Shown here: in pieces, positions 16,417 to 26,505 of the stretch
Layout of the letters: every line of letters begins with the position of its first letter
Numbering within the stretch: the first letter of the stretch is position 1
Origin: Candidatus Aminicenantes bacterium JdFR-78
GTDB taxonomy: Bacteria > Acidobacteriota > Aminicenantia > JdFR-78
NCBI GenBank assembly: GCA_002010665.1
Contig: MTON01000024.1
Location: 76,999-140,998, forward strand
Direction: 5' to 3'
DNA: 64,000 bases
Program-made: the position numbers and the translations under genes
Notes under the pieces: model-generated
Databases searched by the model: none
What the model was told of the DNA's origin: nothing
What the model saw: the letters and a program-made list of their open reading frames with translations, nothing else

Positions 16417-18591
16417 TTAATAACGCCAAGAGTATTGGATTTTAATCATAAATTGATTTAAATCTGGTATGAAACCTCTGTTTGTATCTATCCAGTTGCG
16501 ATTATAAACTATAAACACATCAAGAAGACTTCTATAAGTCCAGCGTAATCGTGTATTCATACCTAAAGATCGTGTTATATTATCGTATTGGAAAAAGCTG
16601 AGAACTTGAAAATTTGGGGAAATAAAAACATTTATTCTTGCTCTTGCAAGATTTATATCAAAAAGACCAGAGGGTAATTCTCCAGAATTTTTTTCTCCTT
16701 CAAAAGATATATTAAAATAATGCGAAGGTCTCCATGCAAGTGTTGCCTGATACTGATTCATATGACCATTATAAAAACCTCCAAACCACCATGTAAATTT
16801 TGTTTTAAATTTTCTTTTATCAGCTGTTTCAAATTCAATGCGATATCGTGTCCATTTATATTCTCCAGGGGATACAAAAACATCAGGTGATATATTAAAA
16901 CTTTCGGGTATTACTTCCATTTGGGGAACTATATTAAATTCAACTCTGTCTCCACTTTCGAATTTCCAATTAATTGGGGCTGTAAAAATTCTCCATTGCA
17001 TAATCTTTCCATTAAGATCCATAACAAAGCTGGTAAAAAATTGATAGAATATCTGTCGTAGCCAGGAAATTTCAGGCCTTGGTTTATACATTGTCGCGTA
17101 ATTGATTTTATAGATTCCTTTCCATGGGACAAAACCAAGAGAAGGGTCAAAATCTGCACCAATTCTTTTGAAGGTCAGAGAGATATCCCATAGATCATTT
17201 GGATAATCTATTTTAAAGCCAAAAGCATAACGGTCTTTTCCAAGATCCTGACGGTTATTTATTAATCCCCATATTCCAAATAGAAAATTTTTATCTCCTC
17301 GAAATTGAGTAGTTTTATAAATAAAATCTACACCTACTAACCAGCTATTATAGCGACCAAGAGGATCTCCCATAGTTATTAAAAATCCAATTTTTGATTC
17401 TTTCCAAATGTTCTGAAAACCTCTAAAAGCAAATAAATTTGTTTTTGGAGCAAGGTTTTCTACTTCTCTTGTAAGGCTATCGAGTATTCCAAAATTAAAC
17501 CTTCCTATGCTCCCTGTAGCTTTTATTGATAAATCAAGAGGAACAGCTTGCCCTTTTACAAGTCCTATCCGTCTACTGAAGAAGGGAATTATATCCTTTT
17601 GCCTATGGGAAGTTAATCCAATTCCAAAATTGAATATATCTGATCCTTCAAGAAAGAAAGTTCTTTTTTCAGGGAAAAATAGGGGAAATCTAGTTAGATT
17701 AATCTGTCTTGTATCAACTTCAGTCTCAGCAAAATCTGTATTTATACTTATAAGACCTGTTACATCGCCTCCAAAATTTTTAAATATATCCAGTCCAGTT
17801 TGAGGAGTATATGTTACAGATAAATTAGGAGTTTCTTTTATCCTTTTTCCAAGAATATAGGGTCTTATTGTCATTCCCATTCCCTGTTTAAAGGAAGGTA
17901 AGGAGACGAGTCTTCCTCCTCTGCTAATATGAGTTACTTTATAATTTCTATTAGGTGAAGCCCAACGATCAGTCTCAAGTAAACGTTGAATTCTTCTTTC
18001 AATATTAAATCCCCATTCTGTAAGACCGGTTCTAAATCTCAATGTTTTTATTGGAATATATATTTCAACACTCCATCCCTGTTCAAATCTTCTTGCTGAA
18101 GCTTCCCATATACCGTCCCATTGTTTGTTTTCTCCTTCTCCTTCTCTCTCAATAAGAGCATCGTAACGGGCTCCATTAGGATTAACTGCAAAAACATATC
18201 CTGTTCTGCCATTTAAAAAGGTATCAAGAACTATTTTTACATGATCTTCACCTCTTAGATCTGCATCTCGTTGCATTGTATAACTTACTATTTTGTCTGG
18301 ATTACTGTCATAGCATATTATTCCAAAATAAATAGACTGAGAGGTAGCTAGTACCTTAACCACTGTTTTTTCAGTAGGGGAAACTCCTTGTTTTGGTTCA
18401 ACCATAGTTAAAGAACCTATTGAAGGAGCATTTTCCCAAGGAGATTCATTTAATTTTCCATCTAATTTAATAGTTTGGTCATTGGAGATTAAATAGACTT
18501 CTGCTTTTGGGATAGAGTATTTTTCATTAGAGTATGTAATAAGAGAAGTGAAAGTTATCAATAAAATGAGGACATATAATTTGTACTTCAT
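16417..18591 (-). CDS. Large outer-membrane protein, CBM9-like N-domain plus DUF5916-like beta-barrel
   Basis: Signal peptide; N-terminal DGKLNESPWENAP...DHVKIVLDTF...FAVNPNGARYD (CBM9-like). Alternating beta-strand pattern, ending in the aromatic C-terminus ...IQYSWRY. Confidence 0.55.
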   Translation of the reverse strand: MKYKLYVLILLITFTSLITYSNEKYSIPKAEVYLISNDQTIKLDGKLNESPWENAPSIGSLTMVEPKQGVSPTEKTVVKVLATSQSIYFGIICYDSNPDKIVSYTMQRDADLRGEDHVKIVLDTFLNGRTGYVFAVNPNGARYDALIEREGEGENKQWDGIWEASARRFEQGWSVEIYIPIKTLRFRTGLTEWGFNIERRIQRLLETDRWASPNRNYKVTHISRGGRLVSLPSFKQGMGMTIRPYILGKRIKETPNLSVTYTPQTGLDIFKNFGGDVTGLISINTDFAETEVDTRQINLTRFPLFFPEKRTFFLEGSDIFNFGIGLTSHRQKDIIPFFSRRIGLVKGQAVPLDLSIKATGSIGRFNFGILDSLTREVENLAPKTNLFAFRGFQNIWKESKIGFLITMGDPLGRYNSWLVGVDFIYKTTQFRGDKNFLFGIWGLINNRQDLGKDRYAFGFKIDYPNDLWDISLTFKRIGADFDPSLGFVPWKGIYKINYATMYKPRPEISWLRQIFYQFFTSFVMDLNGKIMQWRIFTAPINWKFESGDRVEFNIVPQMEVIPESFNISPDVFVSPGEYKWTRYRIEFETADKRKFKTKFTWWFGGFYNGHMNQYQATLAWRPSHYFNISFEGEKNSGELPSGLFDINLARARINVFISPNFQVLSFFQYDNITRSLGMNTRLRWTYRSLLDVFIVYNRNWIDTNRGFIPDLNQFMIKIQYSWRY

Positions 18592-18635
18592 TTTTTGAAA
18601 TTTCTATTTTAATATAATTTCGGAGGGTTTCCAAG

Positions 18636-19436
18636 TTAAGCTTTTATTTTTTTCAATATTCCTTCGTGCTCACCACAAAATTCATAATCACCTTTTAATT
18701 GAGCATTTATAACTTCTTCCTGCCAGTGAGCATTGTATAGCCTACAATTTTTATCAGAGCAAAAAGGATTACCAAATAAATGGAAGAAGATAGCTTGCAT
18801 TACATAGCCTTTCATTATTTCGGTAATTCTTGGGTCTTCATAGTCAATAAATCTTCCCTTAAATTCTTCTTTTAAAATTAAAGGATCGATTCCCATTTGT
18901 TTTTTCAAATAAAATTCTCTCGGTTTTGCAGGGCCTTCTACAAGTCCAGTGGTTGATATGATAGTGGGGAAACCAAACACTACAACTCGAGCATGATACC
19001 GGAAATTTTTTTCATCCCAAGTTCCAAATAATTGATTAGTAAAAACGATATGACAGTATTTAAGATTTGTTTCTTCTTTTGGAATTAAATTCGAAAAAAT
19101 TAAGATCAGTTCAAATCCATTATAGAAATTACCAATGGGTTTTTCTGCCCACTTCAAAATATATTTTTTTTCAAGATTTATCTCAATTGGATGAGGTATT
19201 CTCTCGATTTCTTTTTTATTAGGATTTATTATTCTAATTCGAGCTATATCATCTGATAACTTATCAATTAGCTTTATTTTTTCTTCCTCAACAGAAATTT
19301 TTGATATGCAGTAATTTATAAATTCATCTCTAATCTCAATTTTAAAACCAGTTTTTTCTTCTAAGTAATTTTTTATTTTTTTTAAATTAAGGTAATTTTT
19401 CTTTATTCCATTATAGAGAAAGATTTTTTTCAGCAA
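18636..19436 (-). CDS. Hypothetical protein with an archaemetzincin-like Cys/His C-terminal module that lacks HExxH
   Basis: The ORF-track start 19502 overlaps thi4 by 92 nt. AAGGAG-N6-TTG at 19436 gives a 26-nt overlap and a 266-aa product. The C-terminus is [22 protein letters not shown]...EFCGEH. Confidence 0.5.
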   Translation of the reverse strand: MLKKIFLYNGIKKNYLNLKKIKNYLEEKTGFKIEIRDEFINYCISKISVEEEKIKLIDKLSDDIARIRIINPNKKEIERIPHPIEINLEKKYILKWAEKPIGNFYNGFELILIFSNLIPKEETNLKYCHIVFTNQLFGTWDEKNFRYHARVVVFGFPTIISTTGLVEGPAKPREFYLKKQMGIDPLILKEEFKGRFIDYEDPRITEIMKGYVMQAIFFHLFGNPFCSDKNCRLYNAHWQEEVINAQLKGDYEFCGEHEGILKKIKA

Positions 19437-20202
19437 TTTCAGCTCCTTTCTTTCCAGAAAGAAGCATTGCTCCAAATGTAGGCCCCATTCTCGGTAAACC
19501 AAAAACAGTAGATACAGCCATTCCTATAACTATTAATCCAGGATGGACTTCTCCGGTGTATTCAACTATTAAGTCTTCTGATCTTTCAACCCACATTGCT
19601 CCAAAACCCTGAGTTTTTAATAAACCTCTTTCCTCTAATTTTTTTGCCACAAATGCATCATGACCTGTGGCATCTATAACTATTTTTGATTCAAGAGCTA
19701 TTGGGTCAACACAAGTGATCTCCCGAGGTAGTGCCTGAACAGGGGTCCAGTTTACAACAACACCTGCAACTTTGTTTTCTTCTTTTAAAACAATATCATC
19801 GAAGGTGGTCATTGTAATGAATTTAACCCCTGCGTCACATGTTGATGCAATTAATTTTGAGCAGGCATGAGGTCCATCAGCAACATACAATCCTTTAGAT
19901 ATTTCTTCATATGGAACTCCAAGTTCTTTTAATATTTCTTGACCAGGCTCACGAACAGTGACCTTATTCATCAGATAACCACCTATCCAAAATCCACCAC
20001 CTAGATAATTATTTCTTTCGACTATAAGAACCTTATATCCCTTTTTTGCCAATTCCCTTCCAGCCATAAGACCGCTCGGACCACCTCCTATAATAATACA
20101 ATCGCTTTCTACATATTCTGTGAACTGCTTGGCAAATTCACTAACAATTGCACGAGTCACATCTTTTTCTCCCACAAGACTGAAAATCTTTTTTTCGGAC
20201 AT
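19411..20202 (-). CDS. thi4: Thi4-family thiazole synthase (archaeal/sulfide-dependent type)
   Basis: [10 protein letters not shown] dinucleotide fold, [13 protein letters not shown], and IDATGHDA with His where the yeast suicide enzyme has Cys. Confidence 0.88.
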   Translation of the reverse strand: MSEKKIFSLVGEKDVTRAIVSEFAKQFTEYVESDCIIIGGGPSGLMAGRELAKKGYKVLIVERNNYLGGGFWIGGYLMNKVTVREPGQEILKELGVPYEEISKGLYVADGPHACSKLIASTCDAGVKFITMTTFDDIVLKEENKVAGVVVNWTPVQALPREITCVDPIALESKIVIDATGHDAFVAKKLEERGLLKTQGFGAMWVERSEDLIVEYTGEVHPGLIVIGMAVSTVFGLPRMGPTFGAMLLSGKKGAEIAEKNLSL

Positions 20203-20224
20203 CTTTTACCTCCTTAAATTTATT

Positions 20225-21238
20225 TCAAATTCCCAAGTATCTTGCAAAAAGTGATTTAGCTATTGAAATATCAGTAGTTCCTTTAATTATAGTCCTTCCA
20301 TCAGGGAAAACAATTAATTCATATTCAGGATTCTTAAAGGATAGAACAAACTCATTATATTTGACTTCTCCAAGAGATTTCAATTTATTTTTTAACTTTT
20401 CAAATGAAATACTGATTTTCCTCTTGGGAACTATTTGAACTGCATTCCTCCCACAGAGAGTAACAGCATGAGATATTTCTTCTCCTTCAAGCGCTGGATA
20501 AATTTTTTGAACACAACTTGGACAATTCTTTTTCTTTTCAATATTTATTTTTTCAAATGAATTTAACCACAAGTCCACAATAATTAGGTTCTTATTCAAA
20601 CTTTCTTTACTAAGAATAATTTTAAAGGCTTCAGTTGTCTGTATCGAAGCAATTAGACTTGGAATGGTATTGAGCACTCCCATTGTGTCACATGTTGGTA
20701 AACTACCTGGATGGGGTATTTGCTCTATCATACATCTTAAACAAGGTGTTTTTTCTGGTATAATGGTCATTGTTGAGCCTGCAGATCCTATCACAGCACC
20801 ATAAATCCATGGAATTCCATTTTTTAGACAAGCATCATTTATTATAAAACGAGTTTCAAAATTGTCTGTTCCATCTAAAACTATATCAGAGTCTTTTATC
20901 AGTTCCTCAATATTCTCTGGATTTACATCAATGACCATTGCTTCTATCTTTACCTCAGAATTTATTTTTTCCAGTCTTTTTTTTGCTGCAACTGCTTTTG
21001 GAATTCTATTTTTTACATCCTCTTCGTCATATAAAATCTGACGCTGAAGGTTACCAATTTCTACTAAATCCCTATCCACTATTTTTATTTTACCAACACC
21101 AGCCCTCACAAGATTGTTTGCTATTATTCCACCTAATGCACCACATCCAATTACTGCAATTTTTGCGTTTCTTATTTTCTCTTGGCCCTCTTTTCCAATT
21201 TCAGGAAACACGATTTGACTTAAATAGCGATTTTCCAT
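20225..21238 (-). CDS. ThiF/MoeB/HesA-family E1-like adenylyltransferase with an extra C-terminal domain
   Basis: VIGCGALGG Rossmann motif, DRD...NLQRQ, and CLRC...CPSC zinc cysteines. An additional domain of about 90 aa follows. Confidence 0.85.
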   Translation of the reverse strand: MENRYLSQIVFPEIGKEGQEKIRNAKIAVIGCGALGGIIANNLVRAGVGKIKIVDRDLVEIGNLQRQILYDEEDVKNRIPKAVAAKKRLEKINSEVKIEAMVIDVNPENIEELIKDSDIVLDGTDNFETRFIINDACLKNGIPWIYGAVIGSAGSTMTIIPEKTPCLRCMIEQIPHPGSLPTCDTMGVLNTIPSLIASIQTTEAFKIILSKESLNKNLIIVDLWLNSFEKINIEKKKNCPSCVQKIYPALEGEEISHAVTLCGRNAVQIVPKRKISISFEKLKNKLKSLGEVKYNEFVLSFKNPEYELIVFPDGRTIIKGTTDISIAKSLFARYLGI

Positions 21239-21239
21239 T

Positions 21240-21935
21240 TTAATTTCTAATTCTCTCCCTTTTTCCCTTATTCATAATTTTTTTTAATTCAAAAATTGTA
21301 TTCTCTAATTGTTCAATTTTTTCCTCCAATTTTTCCTGTTCTCTCATAACAAATTTCAAAGCATCAGAGATCGGGTCAGGAAGCTTTCCGTGTTCAAGTG
21401 CTTTGATTTCCTCTATGCTCAGGCCAAGCCCTATTCTTCCCGGAACTCCAACAACAATTGAATTTGAGGGGACATCTTTTACTACAACTGAACCTGCACC
21501 TATTTTGACATTATCTCCTATTTTCACAGGACCTAGAACTATCGCTCCAGCTCCGATCACAACATTATTTCCAATAGTAGGATGTCTTTTCCCTTTTTCA
21601 AGGGAAGTTCCACCAAGGACTGCACCTTGATACATTAGAACATCATCTCCAATTTCTGTGGTTTCTCCTATTACAATTCCCATTCCATGGTCTATAAAAA
21701 ATCTCCTACCAATTTTAGCTCCGGGATGGATTTCCACTCCTGTAATGAAACGATTAATGTGAGAGATAATTCTTGCGATCAATTTTAATTTATTTTTCCA
21801 AAAGAAATGAGCAATCCTATGAAGCCAGACTGCATGAAGTCCTGGATAACACAAAATTATTTCTAGAGTATTTCTTGCTGCAGGGTCTTTTTTAAATACA
21901 GTTTGTATATCTTCTTTTAATGTTTTAAAAATCAT
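21240..21935 (-). CDS. cysE: Serine O-acetyltransferase
   Basis: DPAARN...[12 protein letters not shown]-domain followed by left-handed beta-helix hexapeptide repeats ([28 protein letters not shown]...). Confidence 0.9.
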   Translation of the reverse strand: MIFKTLKEDIQTVFKKDPAARNTLEIILCYPGLHAVWLHRIAHFFWKNKLKLIARIISHINRFITGVEIHPGAKIGRRFFIDHGMGIVIGETTEIGDDVLMYQGAVLGGTSLEKGKRHPTIGNNVVIGAGAIVLGPVKIGDNVKIGAGSVVVKDVPSNSIVVGVPGRIGLGLSIEEIKALEHGKLPDPISDALKFVMREQEKLEEKIEQLENTIFELKKIMNKGKRERIRN

Positions 21936-22854
21936 TCTTAAATAATTCCGTAGATAAATATCTTTCTCCAGTATCTGGAAGAACCACTACAATTAATTTT
22001 CCTTCATTTTCATCCCTTTTTGCAACCTGAAGAGCAGCCCAAGCAGCTGCACCCGAGGAAATACCGACTAACAAGCCTTCTTCCTTTATAAGTTTTCTTG
22101 CAGTTTCAAAAGCATCTTCGTTTTTTACTCTTATAATTTCATCGATTATCTCCATATTAAGTATATCTGGAATAAACCCTGCTCCTATTCCTTGAATCTT
22201 ATGAGGACCAGGCTGGCCACCTGAGAGGACTGGTGAATCAGCTGGTTCAACTCCAATTGCCTTAAAAGAGGGTTTTCTTTTCTTTATCACTTCTGATACA
22301 CCTGTTATTGTTCCTCCTGTGCCAATTCCTGCAACTAGAATATCAACTTTTCCATCTGTATCATTCCATATTTCTTCTGCTGTTGTTTTTCTATGTATTT
22401 CTGGATTAGCCGGATTTTTAAATTGCTGAGGCATAAAAACATTTTTGTTTTTTTTAACAATTTCTTCGGCCTTCTCTACCGCTCCTTTCATTCCCTTTTC
22501 TCCAGGTGTCAAAACTAATTCAGCCCCAAAGGCTTTTAATAATGCTCTTCTTTCGAGACTCATTGTTTCAGGCATTGTTAGAATTAATTTATATCCCTTA
22601 ACTGCACAGACGAAAGCAAGAGCAATTCCTGTATTTCCACTTGTAGGTTCAACAATTATTGTATCTTTATTTATTAATCCTTGTCTTTCTGCATCCTCGA
22701 TCATGCTAAATCCAATCCTATCTTTTACACTTCCACAAGGGTTATAAAATTCTAGTTTTGCAACTATTTCTGCTTTACAACCTTGAGTAATTTTATTGAG
22801 CTTTACTAAAGGAGTCTTTCCAATCAATTTCGTGATATCCTCTGCAATTTTCAT
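21925..22854 (-). CDS. cysK: Cysteine synthase (O-acetylserine sulfhydrylase)
   Basis: [10 protein letters not shown]...NPCGSVKDR (PLP lysine), [10 protein letters not shown] and [10 protein letters not shown]. Confidence 0.95.
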   Translation of the reverse strand: MKIAEDITKLIGKTPLVKLNKITQGCKAEIVAKLEFYNPCGSVKDRIGFSMIEDAERQGLINKDTIIVEPTSGNTGIALAFVCAVKGYKLILTMPETMSLERRALLKAFGAELVLTPGEKGMKGAVEKAEEIVKKNKNVFMPQQFKNPANPEIHRKTTAEEIWNDTDGKVDILVAGIGTGGTITGVSEVIKKRKPSFKAIGVEPADSPVLSGGQPGPHKIQGIGAGFIPDILNMEIIDEIIRVKNEDAFETARKLIKEEGLLVGISSGAAAWAALQVAKRDENEGKLIVVVLPDTGERYLSTELFKNDF

Positions 22855-23068
22855 GATACTAAATTCCTCCTTCAGTTATTTAGAAAAATTTCGTGATAGT
22901 TTCCTGAATTTCGAATTTAACATCATCTCTTTGTTTTTCCAAAACGAGTGTTTTCTTCGAAACTTTGTCAGTTATTAATTTTGGACAAAGTTTGAATTTT
23001 TATCTTTCTATCGTTACTATGATAGTTATCATAATTTCTGAATTTAGTCAACATTGGGATTAGTGAAA

Positions 23069-23368
23069 TTATTTCTGAACTGAATTTTTTAGATATTCAA
23101 TTCTTTCATCAATGCAGGGGCAAGGAGCATTTGGATTCATTTTCCATTTAGCTTCCCAGACTCTCTCAGAAGTAATATTTTTTTCAATTTTCCATAACCC
23201 AGGAAGAAAAAAATTTATCTCTTTATAGAGTATGTCTGGGTCAAAATCAGAAATTGTTACAAGTGTATACCATGGAGCCAATGAGTTGAGCCTTTCGTGG
23301 ACGGATTTAAGACTTTCTGGGAAAGTATTTTTTCTTAAGTCGATCTTAATTTCTTTTCCTTCTTCCAC
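23069..23368 (-). CDS. Small hypothetical protein, possibly with a DUF2249/TusA-like fold
   Basis: 99 aa with GGAGG-type RBS. The pattern IDLRKNTFPESLKSVHERLNSL....LVTISDFDP..LYKEI resembles DUF2249/SirA-like proteins. This is a weak call. Confidence 0.4.
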   Translation of the reverse strand: MEEGKEIKIDLRKNTFPESLKSVHERLNSLAPWYTLVTISDFDPDILYKEINFFLPGLWKIEKNITSERVWEAKWKMNPNAPCPCIDERIEYLKNSVQK

Positions 23369-23450
23369 TTTATTCCTCCTTAGAGAATTTTATTTTTTAT
23401 ATTGGTTTTTGTCAACAACAGATTTGTTAACCTGCTTTACATTATTTAAT

Positions 23451-23479
23451 TTGACTTAATAATTGTATTGTGTTATAAG
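23451..23479 (+). promoter_or_regulatory. Possible sigma-70 promoter of the TPR gene
   Basis: TTGACT, a 17-nt spacer, then TATAAG. Confidence 0.3.
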
Positions 23480-23527
23480 CATTAGTCAGTGAAGAAATGG
23501 AAAGATTATCAAAGTAGAGGTGAAAAG

Positions 23528-24700
23528 ATGAAATTCAGGGTTAAAAAATCTACATTACTTCTTATGCTTTTTATCTTTAGCATTTTTGGAAGGTATTCGA
23601 TGGGTTTATCTTTTATGCCCCAAGAACCAAAAGAGGAGGCAGCTGACCCAAAAACATTGGATTATAACAAAGCTGTAACTGCAAAGACACCTGAAGAAAG
23701 AATTAGACTTTTTAATGAATATTTAAAAAAATGGAGCAATAGCATTTATCATAAATATGTTTATGCCCAATTATGTTTGAATTATTATCAGATAAAAAAA
23801 TTCAACGAGGCAATAAAGGCAGGGGAAAAAGCACTAACTTATCCTGATTTAGAACCTGATTGGAGAGGGCAGATACTCCTTGTTCTTGCTGATTGTTGTG
23901 CGTCGAATCCTGCCAATAAAGACTATCAAAAATCGTTAAATTATATAAATAGGGCAATTAAAATTGCAGAAGAGAACAATCTTTATCGTCTGGCTCAAAC
24001 AGCTAAAAATGCTAAAAATGCTGTTTTAAAATTGATAAATATTGGGAAATTAGGAAAAATAAAATCATTATATGAACAGAAAAAATATTCTCAGGTCATT
24101 TCTATTATAGAGAGTATGCCAGAAAAGGAGAGAAATAAATTTGAGGTGTTGAGATTTTACGCTCTCTCTTTATATAAAACGGGAAAACCTGAGTCAGCTT
24201 TAAATAGCTTCAGGAAAGCCTATTCAATCAAAAAAACAGGTGAAATGGCTAATTTAATGGCCATTATTTTATATGGAAAATCCAAAAAGAATAAAAAACT
24301 TTTAGATGAAGCCATTAAATATTTCATAATTGCCAGTAAACTTTTTGCAAAAGAAAATAATAAAAAAATGTCTGATAAAGCTTTAGCAAGAGCACAATTT
24401 CTATTTTTTAATGATAAGTATAAAATTAATAAAAGAATAAAAGAAATTGAAGAGAAATATAAGGGAGTGGAGGAAAAATATAATTCATTGGTTAGGGAAT
24501 ATAATGCTTTAGTGAAAAAATACGAGAATGTAGAAGAAATTCCAAAGGATGTAGAGAAGAAAATGGATCAAATGAAAAGACAGATAGAAGAACTGGAAAT
24601 AAAATTGGAAGATAAAGAAATCGCCCTTGAAGATTTACAAAATGAACATAAAAGATTAATCAAAGAATTTAATAAATTGCTTATAGAAATAAGAGAATAA
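23528..24700 (+). CDS. Secreted TPR-repeat protein with a C-terminal coiled coil
   Basis: ATG 23528 is preceded by AGAGGTGA. Signal-like MKFRVKKSTLLLMLFIFSIFG, TPR-like A/Y/L periodicity, and a Lys/Glu-rich heptad tail. Confidence 0.6.
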   Translation: MKFRVKKSTLLLMLFIFSIFGRYSMGLSFMPQEPKEEAADPKTLDYNKAVTAKTPEERIRLFNEYLKKWSNSIYHKYVYAQLCLNYYQIKKFNEAIKAGEKALTYPDLEPDWRGQILLVLADCCASNPANKDYQKSLNYINRAIKIAEENNLYRLAQTAKNAKNAVLKLINIGKLGKIKSLYEQKKYSQVISIIESMPEKERNKFEVLRFYALSLYKTGKPESALNSFRKAYSIKKTGEMANLMAIILYGKSKKNKKLLDEAIKYFIIASKLFAKENNKKMSDKALARAQFLFFNDKYKINKRIKEIEEKYKGVEEKYNSLVREYNALVKKYENVEEIPKDVEKKMDQMKRQIEELEIKLEDKEIALEDLQNEHKRLIKEFNKLLIEIRE

Positions 24701-24994
24701 TCATTTTTGAGAGTGTTTTTTTCTTTGTGTATCTTAATACAAAAATGGTAGAAATTTTGATGGTTCTCTTAAACAATAGATTAAATTTTAAAATCAATTT
24801 TCGCCATGTTACATTCAATTTTTAAATAACCACTCTAGAAAAGGTCGAACCTCCTGGCAAAGGAATTAAACTCAAAAAGTAAAAATTTGCAACAGATTAT
24901 TCAGAAAATAAGTTATTGTAAGTAGAGATAAGGTTTGATTGATTTTTACTACTCAAGTATGTTAAATTAACTTTAAGGACAGGAGGAGAAGAAG

Positions 24995-26494
24995 ATGAAA
25001 AAGTTAATAGTCATCAGTATAATAAGCTTCTTCTTGGGAGCTGCTGTTTACGGTTTATTTTTTGTTTATCTTCCAAAATCAAAAATTATTAGCTCAGAAA
25101 TTAATACAGAATCAATACAACCCCCGACAGTTATTGCTTCTTCACCATCTCAAACTGTAAAGTTGTCTGATCCAAATTTAAGTTTTGTAAAGGTTGCAGA
25201 AAAAGTTGCTCCTGCTGTTGTTAATATTGTTAGCACAAAAAGGGTGAGGGTTACTTCATGGGGAGGTGACTGGTTTTTTGAGGATCCATTTGAAGATTGG
25301 TGGAGAAGATTTTTTGGTTTTCCAGAAGAAAGAGAATATAAAGAAAAGGTTGGTGGTTCAGGATTCATAATTGACCCTCAAGGATATATTGTTACAAATA
25401 ATCATGTTGTTCAAGATGCTGAAAAAGTTGTAGTAACCACTCTTGATGGTAAAGAATTTAAAGCAGAAATAATAGGGACTGATCCAAAAACAGACTTAGC
25501 TCTTTTGAAGATTAAAGGTAAGAATTTACCATATATTAAATTTGGGGATTCAGACTCAATTAAGGTAGGTGAATGGGTACTAGCCATTGGAAATCCTTTT
25601 GGATTGTCACATACAGTCACAGCAGGAATAATAAGTGCAAAAGGAAGGCATTTCGAAGGGAAAAATGTGCCTGAATTAAACGATTTTATACAAACAGATG
25701 CTGCAATAAATAAAGGGAACAGCGGTGGACCTCTAGTAAATATGAAAGGAGAAGTTATTGGAATAACAAGCAATATTTATACTCCAACAGGTGGTAATGT
25801 AGGAATAGGATTTGCTATTCCAAGCAATATGGCGAGAGCAGTAATAAAAGATTTAAAAGAGAAGGGAAGAGTAATTAGAGGTTATCTTGGAGTATATGTG
25901 CAGGATATTAAAGCTGAGGCATTAAAGTCTCTTAAATTAAAGAAAAAGGTAGGAGCTTTAGTGGCTAAAGTAGAGCCTGATTCTCCTGCTGATAGAGCTG
26001 GAATAAAGAGGTATGATGTAATAATTGAATTCAATGGAGTGAAAATTAGGGATTCGAATCATCTAAAAGTTAAAGTTGCTGAAACTCCTCCTGGAAAAGA
26101 GGTAAAAATTAAAGTAATCAGAGATGGTAAGGAAAAAATATTAACTGCAATATTAGGGGAATTGGAATCCGAGGGAGAGGTTGGAAGAGGTTATAAATCT
26201 AAAGCCAGAAGGGATTTAGGAATGAGGTTAACTCCATTAACTCCAAGGATTGCGCGAGAGTATGGATATAGTTTTGCGGGTGGTCTTTTGATTACTTATG
26301 TAAGAAGAGGCAGTCCAGCATTTGAAGCTGGATTAAGAGCAGGAGATGTTATTATAGAGGTGAATAGAAGGGAAGTTAATACACTCAGAGATTTTAATAA
26401 TATATTAAGAAAAGCTAAATCTGGAGATGTATTGATATTATTGATTCGTAGAGGCGAAACAGGAGAATTTATTGCATATTTAAGAATCCCTTAA
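24995..26494 (+). CDS. htrA: DegP/HtrA-family periplasmic serine protease with two PDZ domains
   Basis: Catalytic triad context TNNHV, DLALLK and GNSGGPL, followed by two PDZ-like segments. AGGAGGAG lies upstream. Confidence 0.93.
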   Translation: MKKLIVISIISFFLGAAVYGLFFVYLPKSKIISSEINTESIQPPTVIASSPSQTVKLSDPNLSFVKVAEKVAPAVVNIVSTKRVRVTSWGGDWFFEDPFEDWWRRFFGFPEEREYKEKVGGSGFIIDPQGYIVTNNHVVQDAEKVVVTTLDGKEFKAEIIGTDPKTDLALLKIKGKNLPYIKFGDSDSIKVGEWVLAIGNPFGLSHTVTAGIISAKGRHFEGKNVPELNDFIQTDAAINKGNSGGPLVNMKGEVIGITSNIYTPTGGNVGIGFAIPSNMARAVIKDLKEKGRVIRGYLGVYVQDIKAEALKSLKLKKKVGALVAKVEPDSPADRAGIKRYDVIIEFNGVKIRDSNHLKVKVAETPPGKEVKIKVIRDGKEKILTAILGELESEGEVGRGYKSKARRDLGMRLTPLTPRIAREYGYSFAGGLLITYVRRGSPAFEAGLRAGDVIIEVNRREVNTLRDFNNILRKAKSGDVLILLIRRGETGEFIAYLRIP

Positions 26495-26505
26495 AGGATA
26501 ATTTA

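Noticed and set aside
22855-23068. TPP, SAM or T-box riboswitch upstream of the cysK...thi4 operon
   Set aside because: I found none of the conserved cores (for example the CUGAGA of the TPP element) on the transcribed strand. Only a generic hairpin and a dyad are present.
24830-24880. RpoE-type promoter (GAACCT ... TCAAA) upstream of htrA
   Set aside because: The spacing between the two elements is about 19 nt rather than 16-17, and the -35 match is partial. This is too weak to report.
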